Below, piece after piece: positions 48,406-64,000 of a stretch of 64,000 nucleotides of DNA. The notes under the pieces were generated by a model, which ran no database searches, was not told the DNA's origin, and saw only the letters and a list, made by a program, of their open reading frames with translations. The translations under genes were made by a program, and so were the position numbers. This DNA is from Eledone cirrhosa (lineage: Eukaryota), in contig OZ024741.1 in NCBI GenBank assembly GCA_964016885.1, positions 391,282,001-391,346,000 of the forward strand, given 5' to 3'. Position 1 is the stretch's first letter; each line of letters opens with the position of its first letter.

Positions 48406-49434
48406 TCCGATGATACCTTTGGAGATACTTGCTTTAAAGTCTCAATTCCAAGAATAGCTTGAAGATTTGTATTTCAGATTGGTGAGCGGGCTCCACATAT
48501 CTCGTTGAACCATTGAGTTGCCACTGGAAATATCTTCTCAAAGTTGCATGATTGGACAAGTTTATTTTTATGTGGGGGAAAGATCAGCTGTTGCTAAAGC
48601 ATGCACATTTTCCCCCTTCAAATCATCAATGTTGTCCAAGGTAACGGTTAGAGTCGATACAGCTGGCACCAGTGCAGTAACAGGCGAAATCAGAAAGAAA
48701 TGGTCTAAAATGAAAGACACATCGCTAGATATCACGTCCAACGCTGTAACATTTCCGCTAACCCACCACCATGGACTTTTGCTATATTTATCCACTCCTA
48801 AAAGGATGAAAAGTAAAGATGGCATCGTCGGATTCGAACTCAGATCGCAGAGAACCGAAATAGATTATACTAGGCGTTTAACCCACTTTTTGTTTTCAGA
48901 ATAATCGTTAGAAATGAGTTGGAAGATGTTTTACAAAGTCCTTTAAAATATCCGTTTAGTGTCTCGAGTTTTCTTTTTATCTCCATATGTTAGCATATTT
49001 TCAAAGGGTTTATAGGCTTGCTCTTTCCTTCTTCCGTTATTTTCTGCTGAATATTGAACATAATGAAATAAGCATTCGTACATCTTAAAACCACAATAAT
49101 AACGACGATGACAACAAAACACAAACAATCGGCAAATAAAATAACAGGCCGATATAAAAAAAACATTCTGAAGGTGGTTGAATGTTTCACAAGTTCTTGT
49201 GTAAATTATATATATAACCCCCCGGTGTTTGCATAGCTACGGCTTCCTAAAATCGTATTTCCTTGGAGATACGAAATACGTTTACATATATATATATACA
49301 TATATATATACATATATATACACAAAGTAAAACATTTCGTTTGAATTACTTTCTAACCCAGAAAAAGAGAGAAACAAAAAAGGAAAAAAAAAAATATTTT
49401 TCTTCCTAATAATCGTCTCTTTCTCCCTGTTTTC

Positions 49435-49560
<126 letters not shown>

Positions 49561-50277
49561 GAGTGATTCATCTTAAAACGTATATCCAAACAGTGATCAC
49601 CCCACCCCCACCACCACTAAAAAAAAAAAAGAAAACCTAAATACTAAATGTATATATCAAATAGAATATTTTAGCATGAAACGAGATGATAAAATGAGTA
49701 GAAAAATACTAATGATATTTTTTAACAATCATTTGAACAAAATAAAAACAACAAAATACCTGTTTTATGTAATTCATATAATGATTAATCTGTAGTTAAG
49801 ATGAAAATTGTTTATCGTGAGACAGAAAACTTATTCAAGATATTTCACAAACATTTTTATTCGCTAAGGCAAACTCGATTATACCAGAAAATACTACCCA
49901 TTCAGATAATATACATAATAATAATAGTATTATTTAATTCTTTGCTATTCTGACAGATAGATAACATAATAATAATATTCTGTTATTCTTTGGTATTCGG
50001 ACAGATAAAGAGAATATATATTTTCTAAATTAATCAACCATCTTTTCTGATATGTTTTAAACCACAATCAGTATTCAGGTCGATATATTTACGAGGCTGT
50101 TTGGTTATTGTGGCACAGTCAGTAACTGGAGTATGGCAAATAAGTAGCGAAAAAGAAAAGCTTGGGCTATTCAACTGAAATTCAATTAATTATCTCCAGC
50201 AAGAGTTTTATCTCCTAGAAAATATTTGTATATATATATATATATATATATATATGACACCCTTAATTTAATCTTGG

Positions 50278-50328
<51 letters not shown>

Positions 50329-50339
50329 GGTGTGTGTGT

Positions 50340-50670
50340 GTGTGTGCGTGTGTGTGGTTAAGAGAGCATGATGTGGGTTCGTGTGAAATGTCTAGTTGCG
50401 TGTGTGCGAAAGTGGTGCAAGTGTCTGTGTGTGGATGGTAAAGTTCCGGAGGTGAAATCGTGTCGATATCCAAGTAAGATTCCTGGTGGTAGGGTCGTAA
50501 CAATGGCGAGAAGGAAGTTAGGAGCGCGCACAACAGGAAGTGGTCAAGATGGTCAAGTCAAAGGAGTGGGTGGAGAGGGTGGCGAGGGTGTAGATGGCAG
50601 GGCGATGTGAGTGGGAGGGAATGGGTGGAGCCGGCAGAACAGACTGGTGAGTGAGTAGTAGTAGTATTGC
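50340..50670 (-). mobile_element. Left arm of an inverted pair whose right arm is 55853-56380
   Basis: Near-identical reverse complement of 55853-56170. Confidence 0.75.
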
Positions 50671-50739
50671 TGTCTGTATATATACATATATGTATATATA
50701 TGTATATATATATATATATATATAGTTAAAAGAATAGAG

Positions 50740-54755
<4,016 letters not shown>

Positions 54756-54858
54756 ATATATATATATATATAGTGGTGGAACACTGGAAGGTAATATCCG
54801 TAGTGGTAGAGCACTCAGTCCAAGGTAGAAGTGGTTACACAACAGTTAGTTGCCCATT

Positions 54859-54898
54859 CCGAGCTGAAGATCCGCTAAGGTGAAACAATTGTTCTCGG
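54859..54898 (+). ncRNA. Minimal HHR in the 159-bp inverted mini-element 54772-54930
   Basis: ccgag-CTGAAGA-tcc-gctaa-ggt-GAAA-caattg-TT-ctcgg, with ~25-bp inverted arms at 54826-54851 and 54906-54930. Confidence 0.8.
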
Positions 54899-54926
54899 TA
54901 TGTTGAACTAACTGTTGTGTAACCAC

Positions 54927-54967
<41 letters not shown>

Positions 54968-54972
<5 letters not shown>

Positions 54973-55761
54973 TATCGAGAATCGCATTTCGGCCCACGAA
55001 ATAACGAAAAACAACCTCCGAGATGTGTGGCAAGTGCTCAATGATTCAAATGAACCAGAGCTATAACAAACGTTAAAGGCCAATCACACTGAGACGATGG
55101 TTAAACAATCATTCGCATAGCCAAAAAAACGATCAAGTAATTCGGGTCAAACAAATAAAAAATATCTGTGATTGAAAATTTACCCGGACCCCTGGAAGGT
55201 TAGTAAAATCCAGCATTTGGGTTTCTGCGGCTCCTAAATCAAATACTGTCCGCTTACATAAATAATGTTAGGCTTCTGGTAAGATGATTCAACAAAGAAG
55301 CCACTTTCTCAACAGATTAGGTTCAATGTTAATACAAGGACAGACTATTACTGACCCCACGTGGGGATCGGCAAGGGAGGCAACCCCTATATCAAGCGAA
55401 TGAATTCAGTTGTGTATGTTATTGCAAGAATGCAAAAACATCACAAATCGAATAGAGTTCTCAACAGAAGGGTTCAAATTAACATAAGTTATACATCAGT
55501 CAATAAAATCAACTAAAAAATCAAGAAAATTAACTGGTCAATAGCTAGAGTCTGAAGATTAATATAAATATAAATTATCGAGAATCGCATTTCGGCCCAC
55601 GAAATAACGAAAAACAACCTCCGAGATGTGTGGCAAGTGCTCAATGATTCAGATGAACCAGAGCTATAACAAACGTTAAAGGCCAATCACACTGAGACGA
55701 TGGTTAAACAATCATTCGCATAGCCAAAAAAACGATGAAGTAATTCGGGTCAAACAAATAA

Positions 55762-55763
<2 letters not shown>
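54968..55763. repeat. Partial tandem (about 1.3 copies) of a ~602-bp non-coding unit
   Basis: A ~193-bp direct repeat at 54968-55160 and 55570-55763. Confidence 0.8.
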
Positions 55764-55854
<91 letters not shown>

Positions 55855-56387
55855 AATACTACTACTACTCACTCACCAGTCTGTTCTGCCGGCTCCACCC
55901 CTTCCCTCCCTCTCACATCGCCCTGCCATCTACACCCTCGCCACCCTCTCCACCCACTCCTTTGACTTGACCATCTTGACCACTTCCTGTTGTGCGCGCT
56001 CCTAACTTCCTTCTCGCCATTTTTACGACCCTACCACCAGGAATCTTACTTGGATATCGACACGATTTCACCTCCGGAACTTTACCATCCACACACAGAC
56101 ACTTGCACCACTTTCGCACACACGCAACTAGACATTTCACACGAACCCACATCATCCTCTCTTAACCACACACACACACACGTGCACATCTTCACATACA
56201 CCCACGCCCCATCCCACACCGCCTCCGGATCCCACACGATCTCTCCTCACCCCATCCGAGCCTTTCCATTCATACACACACACACCTACACCCATACAGG
56301 GACTATACACACACACACACACACACACTTCATATTCCGCCATCTCCCCTCGGACTCCATTACCATCTCCCCCTTCGAATTATGTAT

Positions 56388-56712
56388 ATATTATTATACT
56401 TTGGGAGGGTCATGCCAATAAAAACACACGCAATTTATTATGTTTTTGGTTGGTTGGTTGGTTGGTTGGATAACCGGAAGGTTGTTTATATACTGTCAAA
56501 TTTCTTTCCTCACACATTCTGTGACCTCCTCAGTGACTAGGCTTTTATTTTGTGTCCCTCCTTTGTTCTGTCCTACACCATCTTGCTTTTGTGTGTTGTG
56601 TGCTTAGTTTGCGCATGCTTTACATCCGGGTGTGTACTTGTGTTTTTATTGGCAGCATGGCCCTCATAAAGTATAACAATATCTGTTTCAACACACGTTT
56701 TCAGATAAATGT
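56388..56712. mobile_element. Family A-type inverted mini-element
   Basis: HHR at 56495-56537 (-) plus an inverted tail at 56640-56712. Confidence 0.7.
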
Positions 56713-56725
56713 GTGTACATATATA

Positions 56726-57298
56726 TCTCAAATAAGGCTCAGAATTGACCCAAAGGAAGATCGCAGTAAAGTATTTTAAAATAAAGAAACCTAAGCGTCT
56801 CACCCAGAGGTAAACTTCTTGTCCAGCAGCCTAAATCCGTTGGGCTTAACAAAGCTAAAGCAACAGAATTTGCTATCTCAATTAATTAAGAAAGTTAATT
56901 TCCACCAGAACTTGCTTGATAATCAAAGAGGGTTTCTGTTCCATAGTAAGAGAAATCAGATATATTTACCTGTTGCCAGACCCCTTGTATGCTCGAAATA
57001 ATACCAACATAGTACATAATAATACACGCATGCGCAGAATTAACAAGATAAAAATGTGTACAATACAGACTAGGTGACGAGAATAAACTTTTTCTAGAAA
57101 TAGAAGTCAATTTAAAACGTCTATCAACTCGATAATTAAGGAGCAGCAATTAATAATATATATTTAAAAATTAGTCCGTAACATACTTTACATCGCAATG
57201 TATAATATCGCTTAGATGGGGTGAGACGCTTATAAGGTTTCTTTATTTTAAATTACTTTACTACGATCTTCCCTTTAGTCAATTCTCAGCCTTATTTG
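56726..57298. repeat. Element with ~80-bp imperfect inverted arms
   Basis: 56729-56806 matches the reverse complement of 57218-57298. Confidence 0.65.
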
Positions 57299-57400
57299 CT
57301 ATAGTTCTATATTTGTATTTATAATATTTGTATTTATAAGCTTCTCTGAATAATGTTCTAAGAGATATTATTCATTGAGAAGTAATATATATATTACGGA

Positions 57401-57456
<56 letters not shown>

Positions 57457-57527
57457 CATATTGTATAAAGCTATGCTTGAAGCGAAATCCTATTTCTGTT
57501 ATATATATATATATATATATTATATAT

Positions 57528-57957
57528 ATTGGTAAACGGAATAGAAAATGCTGACAAATTGTTCACAGTGAAAAATAGTTTAATTAGGAATAAGTGATAA
57601 TTAGTAATAGTATTGGTTAGTGTACAATCTGGACACACTCCAGATACATATTTGTGCACAGGTATACAATTTCTGGACACACTCCAGATACATGTGTACA
57701 GTTTGTGCACAGGTATACAATTTCTGGACACACTCCCGATACATATTTGTGCACAGGTATTCCAATACGGCAAGGCCTAATGGATCCCTCTTGCAGTACG
57801 TACAATCTGGACACACTCACACACACCTTGGTATTATGCCAATACTATATATCATTTCACACCTTTTATTATTAAGGATTTTGATGTTCTATTGAGAGAA
57901 TCGATTTTACTGAAAATATCGAATATTGTACGCCATTTTAACAGAAATAAATACTGA

Positions 57958-57989
<32 letters not shown>

Positions 57990-58173
57990 ATTCTCTCTCT
58001 CTCTCACACACATGCACACGCGTACATTAACATACAAAGAGACATACACACACACACACACACTTCTCCGTATAAGACAAGAGCTGAAAAAATATCTTTT
58101 AACATGTTAAAATATCCCCCACACACTTACAGACACATTCCTACTGACCATCCCTCTACCACGAATTACTCTG

Positions 58174-58211
<38 letters not shown>

Positions 58212-58760
58212 CACAGACACACTTGTCTTAATAGGCATTTGAACTGTCAACAGGCTGCGGTCGCACACACATCCCTGCCGACCATTATCACAACAACGAA
58301 CCTCTTTACTACTACTACACACACACACACATATTTTTGTTGTGAAAGACTTATCTCTCAGTCAGCCGATACAAACCTACATTTGGCGCAAAATCAATTT
58401 TTTACATTCACATGACCTCTACCGACCAATTAAAATTGTTTTGACCACAAGAATTTTTGCAACACGAATTGGCGCAAAACTTATTTTAATACCGCTGGAG
58501 CCACTTTTTTAACATAAAAACAGGTAGAATACCCAAAACTAATCAGATCAGAGCAAACATCACGGACGCTCTATCTCAAAATTATTTTTGAAAAGCATTA
58601 GAAATGCGCAACCGGTAAAACTTAAAACCAAAACTTAATACTAACCAATACTATTATTAATTCTCACTTATTCCTAATTAAATTATTTTTCACTGTGAAC
58701 AATTTGTCAGCATTTTCTATTCCGTTTACCAATATGTCATAACTTGTGTGTTACACCTCT
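57528..58760 (+). mobile_element. Family B pLTR-only inverted element
   Basis: Short inverted arm at 57528-57620, local tandem repeats at 57621-57760, then the family B 3' end with the HHR-like motif and tail. Confidence 0.85.
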
Positions 58761-58767
58761 ATTCTTT

Positions 58768-58808
<41 letters not shown>

Positions 58809-58958
58809 AATAGAATTTCGCTTCAAGCATAGCTTTATACAATATGTATAAATATTTCGTATCTCCAAAGAAATACAGTCTTAGGAAGGCGTAGCTATGC
58901 AAACACCGGGGGGGGGGCGAACGCCCTCTGGTGATGTCCAGCAGAAGTAAGGAGGACA

Positions 58959-59002
58959 ACCGTCTATGCATTTCAGGCTTAACTGGCCTTCGTCAGGCCG
59001 GT
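58959..59002 (-). ncRNA. Minimal hammerhead ribozyme
   Basis: accggc-CTGACGA-aggc-cagttaa-gcct-GAAA-tgca-TA-gacggt. Confidence 0.75.
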
Positions 59003-59297
59003 CCCTCCCACCGCTTGCGACTGCTGGACTAGAAGACAGCTGTACTTAACAAAAACAACCACAACAGATTGTCTTGCCCCAGAAAAATTTTTTATAGACT
59101 TTTGACTGAGGAATGTTCTCACAACTAACCAATGGGAGGAGAGAGTGTCCTATGATGCCGAAATTCGTTTGTTCGAATTCATATGATTCCAGTTCCTCAG
59201 AGAAATAACAACCCAACCAGGAGCTGGACATATCGGAGTATTGACGGAGTAAAACACTTTAACAACATGTGTACCTGCCTCTACCACACCAATTCGG

Positions 59298-59352
59298 ACT
59301 GCCTGAAGAGGTCACAGCCAATGATGGTTGTCACCGAAATATATATAGCAGT
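59298..59352 (+). ncRNA. Hammerhead ribozyme
   Basis: actgc-CTGAAGA-ggtcacagcca-atga-tggttgtcacc-GAAA-tatata-TA-gcagt. Confidence 0.85.
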
Positions 59353-59489
59353 ACATCTTTAATAAACGAAGCCAAATTTTAAATATTTGACTTAATTACT
59401 TTATTCCGGGGTAACCAAACCAACCTGCGTACTTCGTCGAGTGCTCCATCTGCATACTGAGGTGTCGGTAAACAACCAACATATACTCA

Positions 59490-59565
<76 letters not shown>

Positions 59566-59763
59566 ACACAGAGGTGTCCACTGTAAGTTGTGGGGTCTAT
59601 TCTGCATGAAGAACTCGATGTAATCCATATGTTGAAAATGTTGTAGGTTAAGATAAATCTCAGAAAACAATAAAACATTAAATGGAAAACAGAGTCATGA
59701 TATAAGTTAAAACATATATATATATAAAATACACAATTATCAAAGGTATGTGCAAGTCATTTA

Positions 59764-59814
59764 AATGCTGACAATCGTTTCTTCCAAACTTATGTTTGGA
59801 GTCATCGGAGCATT
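59764..59814 (-). ncRNA. HHR with CCGATGA core; inverted partner at 59988-60038 (+); element spans about 59720-60100
   Basis: aatgct-CCGATGA-ctccaaac-ataa-gtttggaa-GAAA-cgattg-TC-agcatt. Confidence 0.78.
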
Positions 59815-60419
59815 ATCAATGTTTGTGCTTTTAATTTTAATTTTAATTATTGTACAATTCTCGTATAATATATGTCGCATCCATTACACCCTGTAAATAC
59901 GAAACTGTTGTTCACACCATCAATATATATGTATCTATATGATTGTTCAGTTGAATAGGAGGTTAATTTATATGTACAAACATTGATAATGCTCCGATGA
60001 CTTCAAACGAAAGTTTGGAAGAAACGATTGTCAGCAATTAAATGATTTGAACATAACTTTGATAATTGTGTATTTTATATTCCTGCTCTCTAAAACACCT
60101 GATGTTCTTACATTGAGCTATTTCTCTTACTGGTAATAAAGTAGTAATAAATTACTGACCTTTCCTGTTTATATTTGTTTATAATATATACATAACTATT
60201 AATAGTATCATTATTATAATAATAATAGTACCAGTAATAAAATAAAGTAACAGTAATACACTGGGTAATTGCTGGCCTTGTGCCTAACGTAGAAACAATT
60301 ATAATAATAATAATAATAATAATAATAATTGTTTCTACTTTGGGCACAAGGCCAGCAATTACCCAGTACCAGTAATGCACTGGGTAATTGCTGGCCATGT
60401 GCCTAAAGTAGAAACAATT

Positions 60420-60479
<60 letters not shown>

Positions 60480-60482
<3 letters not shown>

Positions 60483-63400
60483 CTCCCGCCCCCACTCTCC
60501 ACCTTTATTATTTGGACCAATCACAAGGCAACGGCCTATGCTATCACTTCTGGCTGCTTTTCGATATGATGGATGGACTAAGGAACTTCTGGAGAGTCTG
60601 AAGAATCTGGACACTCGATGACAATGCCAAAATAACGACAAATTCACCTCATGCTGCCGGACGAAAGGGCAAGGCCCCCTCCTATTTGTTTCGGCCGCGG
60701 ATGGCCAACATAACCCCAACCCCCTCACCCTCACCCCTCCCTGCGCCCCATCCTCCAAGCACAATCCAAAACTTCAGAGTTGGTACCATGAATGTAGGCA
60801 CCTTAAAAGGCCGCTCTAACGAGGTTGTAGAAATGCTTGAACGTAAGGAGGTTGATGTTTGCTGTATCCAAGAGACCAGGTGGAGGGGCGGGTCTGCTAG
60901 ATTCATTGTGGGTAAAAAACGTTGCTATAAGCTTTTCTGGGTGGGAAATGACAATGGGATAGGTGGGGTAGGAATCATGTTAGCAGAAAAATGGGTGGAT
61001 AAGATAATAGATGTAAATAGAGTGAATGACAGAATAATTAAAATAAGACTTGTTCTAAATAGAACTACTGTGACAGTAATATCTGCATACGCGCCCCAAT
61101 CCGGACTGCCTGGCACTATAAAAGACAGATTCTATGAGACACTGATGCTCACTACCTCCCAAATAACCGACAGTGACTATATAATTATTGCTGGCGACCT
61201 AAATGGCCACGTTGGACAACATTGTGACGGCTATGACGGAATCCATGGAGGCTATGGGTTTGGTACTAGAAACGAGGAAGGCTCCAGAATCCTGGAATTC
61301 TGTGATGCAAATAACCTAACTATCTGTAACACTAACTTCAAAAAACGAGACAATCACTTGATCACCTACAGATCAGGGGAACATACCAGCCAGGTAGATT
61401 ATATCCTTACCAGAAGACGTGACAGAGTGTTTGTTGTAAACACTAAATCCCTCCCTCATGAAGAATGCACCTCCCAACATAGACTGATAATTAGCGACCT
61501 CATAGTCAGGACGAGACGTACTAGACAGCAGAAGAGGACTATCCTCAGGAGAAAAATATGGAAGCTAAAGGACCCCACAGCCAGAAATAAATTTCAAAGC
61601 ATATTACTTGATGCTTTCGACAGTAAGGAAGAGCAACTAGAGTCGTACAATATAGAGGAACAGTGGGAATTCCTGAAAGCAAACCTGCTGATGGCGGCAG
61701 ACGAAGTCTGTGGCTGGAGCAGGCCTGTAGGCAGGAGGAGAGTAACATGGTGGTGGAACAGTAAGGTGGAGGAGTCAATTAAGGCCAAAAAGCAGGCTTG
61801 GAAAGTATGGCGGGATGGAGGAAGTAGAGAAGACTATCAAGTGGCCAGGAGGGAAGCTAGGAGACAAGTGTACTTCGCAAGAAGGGAAGCAGAGGAAAGA
61901 AAGTTCAAGCATGTTCTACAACGCGAGGACCAACAACGTGAGGTGTTCAGGATTGCTAGGCAATGTGTCAAGGAAAACCGTGATATTGTCGGGGAGAAGT
62001 GTGTACTTAATGATGATGGCGTACTTGCCATCACTGACGCTGATAAGAAGGTAGCTTGGAAGTGTCACTACGAAAGGCTACTAAATGAGGAGAATAAATG
62101 GGAGAAAGACAGTCTCCCCCACATCGACCCAATAGAGGGACCAGCAGTGTTAGTCGAAGGTAGTATAATAAGTAAGGCAATCAAAGATATGAAGACGGGT
62201 AAGGCGGCTGGGCCTTCGGAAATAGTTGCTGAGATGCTGAAAGCCTCTGGAACGGTGGGACACACCATGGTCACCCGGATAGTAAACCAAGTCATACAGA
62301 ATGGGGTTGTTCCGAAGGACTGGCGTAGCAACATCATCATTAACTGTTACAAGGGTAAAGGAGATGCCCTAGATAAGAGTAACTATAGAGGCATTAAATT
62401 AATCGACCAGGTCATGAAGGTCACGGAAAAAGTAATAGCGCAACTAATCAGAGAGAGAATTGATCTAGATGAAATGCAGTTCGGGTTTGTGTCAGGCAAA
62501 AGTACCACAGACGCTCTTTTCATTGTACGACAACTACAGGAGAAGTACCTAGCTAAAAGTAAACCCCTATACTTAGCTTTTGTCGACTTGGAGAAAGCCT
62601 TCGACAGAGTCCCCCGTTCCATTATCTGGTGGGCTCTTAGAAAACTAGGTGTTGATGAATGGCTTGTGAGAGCTATACAAGCCATGTATAAAGAAACAGT
62701 CAGCAAGGTTAGAATTAACAACGAATATAGTGAAGAGTTTAGCGTAAAAGTTGGTGTTCATCAGGGCTCTGTTCTTAGCCCCCTACTATTTATTATTGCC
62801 CTTCAGGCTATAACAGTGGAGTTCAAGACCGGCTGCCCATGGGAACTCCTATACGCAGATGATCTAACGCTCATAGCTGAATCAATGGCCGAGCTAGAGA
62901 AGAAATTCCAAACATGGAAGCACGGCCTAGAATCAAAAGGCCTTAAAATTAACCTGGCTAAGACTAAAGTTCTAGTTTGTAGGAAAGAAAATAAGGCGCC
63001 GGTCCCTTCCGGGAAATGGCCATGCTCAGTGTGTAGGAAAGGCGTAGGTAGAAACTCCATTTTATGTCCCAAATGCAAAGTATGGGTGCATAAAAGATGT
63101 AGTGGGATCACAGGTAAGCTAACTAAGAACATAGATTTTACATGTGGCCGGTGCTCTGGTGCAATAAGTAGCAGCAAGTGCCCACAAAATACTAGCTCTT
63201 TCAATTGCGCAGAGGGTTCTATAGAAATAGTGGACAGCTTCCGTTACCTGGGTGACAAAATCAGCAGTGTGGGAGGGTGCTCTGAAAGTACAGTAGCTAG
63301 AGTCAGAACTGGATGGAAAAAGTTCAGAGAGCTTATACCACTATTAGCCGCTAAAGGGTTCTCCCTAAAAATGAAAGGCAGGCTGTATGATGCCTGCATA

Positions 63401-64000
63401 CGAACAGCAATGTTGCATGGCAGTGAGACCTGGGCATTGTGTGCTGAGGATATACGCAGACTAGAGAGGAACGAAGCTTGCATGCTCCGCTGGATGTGTA
63501 ATAGTAATATACGTGAACGGCAAAGCATAAACGAACTAAGGGAAAAATTAGAAATAAGAGGGATCAGATGTTGTTTACTCGAGAGAAGGCTACGTTGGTA
63601 TGGTCACGTGATGTGCATGAAAGACTACAGCTGTATAATAAAGTGCAGGGCTATAAAGATAGACGGTAGCCACGGAGTAGGCAGACCCCAAAAAACCTGG
63701 GACGACATGATAAATTCCGACCTCACACACTTACACCTCTCCAAGACAATGTCACTGGACCGAGATCTTTGGCGGTACTCAGTAATACAGAAGACCCGCC
63801 TTACCTAAATACAAAGTAAAATCTACTACAGTCAGTAGGCATCTCTAACAAAATACACCCCGTCCCACCACCCCCACCCCATCCACACCGCCCCTTTCAA
63901 TGTAAAGTTATGTTGGTGCCACAACATCCAGGCCGAAACAAATGAGATCGTGTAGGTGTCGCGACAAAAAAACCCACACAGTCCACACTGTAATGTGGCC
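60480..64000 (+). mobile_element. Apparently near full-length RTE-clade LINE starting at a (TA)n tract
   Basis: Single long APE-RT ORF with a short 5' UTR. The 3' UTR runs off the window. Confidence 0.9.
60701..63808 (+). CDS. RTE ORF: APE endonuclease, reverse transcriptase and PHD-like finger; uninterrupted
   Basis: GTMNVGTL, CIQETRW, AGDLNGH, QVDYIL and SQHR (APE); NYRGIKL, QFGF, FVDLEKAFDRV, GVHQGSVLSPLLF, YADD and FRYLG (RT). The first ATG is at 60701. Confidence 0.95.
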   Translation: MANITPTPSPSPLPAPHPPSTIQNFRVGTMNVGTLKGRSNEVVEMLERKEVDVCCIQETRWRGGSARFIVGKKRCYKLFWVGNDNGIGGVGIMLAEKWVDKIIDVNRVNDRIIKIRLVLNRTTVTVISAYAPQSGLPGTIKDRFYETLMLTTSQITDSDYIIIAGDLNGHVGQHCDGYDGIHGGYGFGTRNEEGSRILEFCDANNLTICNTNFKKRDNHLITYRSGEHTSQVDYILTRRRDRVFVVNTKSLPHEECTSQHRLIISDLIVRTRRTRQQKRTILRRKIWKLKDPTARNKFQSILLDAFDSKEEQLESYNIEEQWEFLKANLLMAADEVCGWSRPVGRRRVTWWWNSKVEESIKAKKQAWKVWRDGGSREDYQVARREARRQVYFARREAEERKFKHVLQREDQQREVFRIARQCVKENRDIVGEKCVLNDDGVLAITDADKKVAWKCHYERLLNEENKWEKDSLPHIDPIEGPAVLVEGSIISKAIKDMKTGKAAGPSEIVAEMLKASGTVGHTMVTRIVNQVIQNGVVPKDWRSNIIINCYKGKGDALDKSNYRGIKLIDQVMKVTEKVIAQLIRERIDLDEMQFGFVSGKSTTDALFIVRQLQEKYLAKSKPLYLAFVDLEKAFDRVPRSIIWWALRKLGVDEWLVRAIQAMYKETVSKVRINNEYSEEFSVKVGVHQGSVLSPLLFIIALQAITVEFKTGCPWELLYADDLTLIAESMAELEKKFQTWKHGLESKGLKINLAKTKVLVCRKENKAPVPSGKWPCSVCRKGVGRNSILCPKCKVWVHKRCSGITGKLTKNIDFTCGRCSGAISSSKCPQNTSSFNCAEGSIEIVDSFRYLGDKISSVGGCSESTVARVRTGWKKFRELIPLLAAKGFSLKMKGRLYDACIRTAMLHGSETWALCAEDIRRLERNEACMLRWMCNSNIRERQSINELREKLEIRGIRCCLLERRLRWYGHVMCMKDYSCIIKCRAIKIDGSHGVGRPQKTWDDMINSDLTHLHLSKTMSLDRDLWRYSVIQKTRLT

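Noticed and set aside
57621-57760. CRISPR-like short repeats
   Set aside because: This is a tandem duplication without unique spacers, inside a PLE UTR, in eukaryotic DNA with no cas genes.

Overview
AT-rich eukaryotic (animal) repeat nest with no recognisable host gene, no rRNA or tRNA genes and no CRISPR array. The SINE and LINE tails resemble those of octopod molluscs (inference). Most long ORFs in the track are translations of (TA)n, (TG)n or (GA)n microsatellites. The real coding sequence is all retrotransposon: Penelope-like elements (PLE; RT plus C-terminal GIY-YIG) of several families, a 5'-truncated L1/Tx1 with an 18-bp TSD, CR1-group 3' fragments, and RTE elements including one intact 1035-aa APE-RT ORF. 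The main unexplained signal is that the non-coding islands between the (TA)n tracts are not random. About 20 distinct sequence families carry hammerhead-ribozyme (HHR) or HHR-like motifs, found by eye on both strands. Many have family-conserved variant cores (U3-A8, U4C, U4A, A13C) or very long stem II insertions. Most islands are inverted pairs with 3' ends facing outward into (TA)n, two are retrozyme-like tandem arrays, at least one joins arms from two different families, and many share a YGAGTRCT motif near the 3' end. Together this suggests a (TA)n-targeted community of non-autonomous, ribozyme-bearing mini-elements mobilised by PLEs. All folding, alignment and coordinates were done manually, so boundaries may be off by a few bp and no activity is demonstrated.
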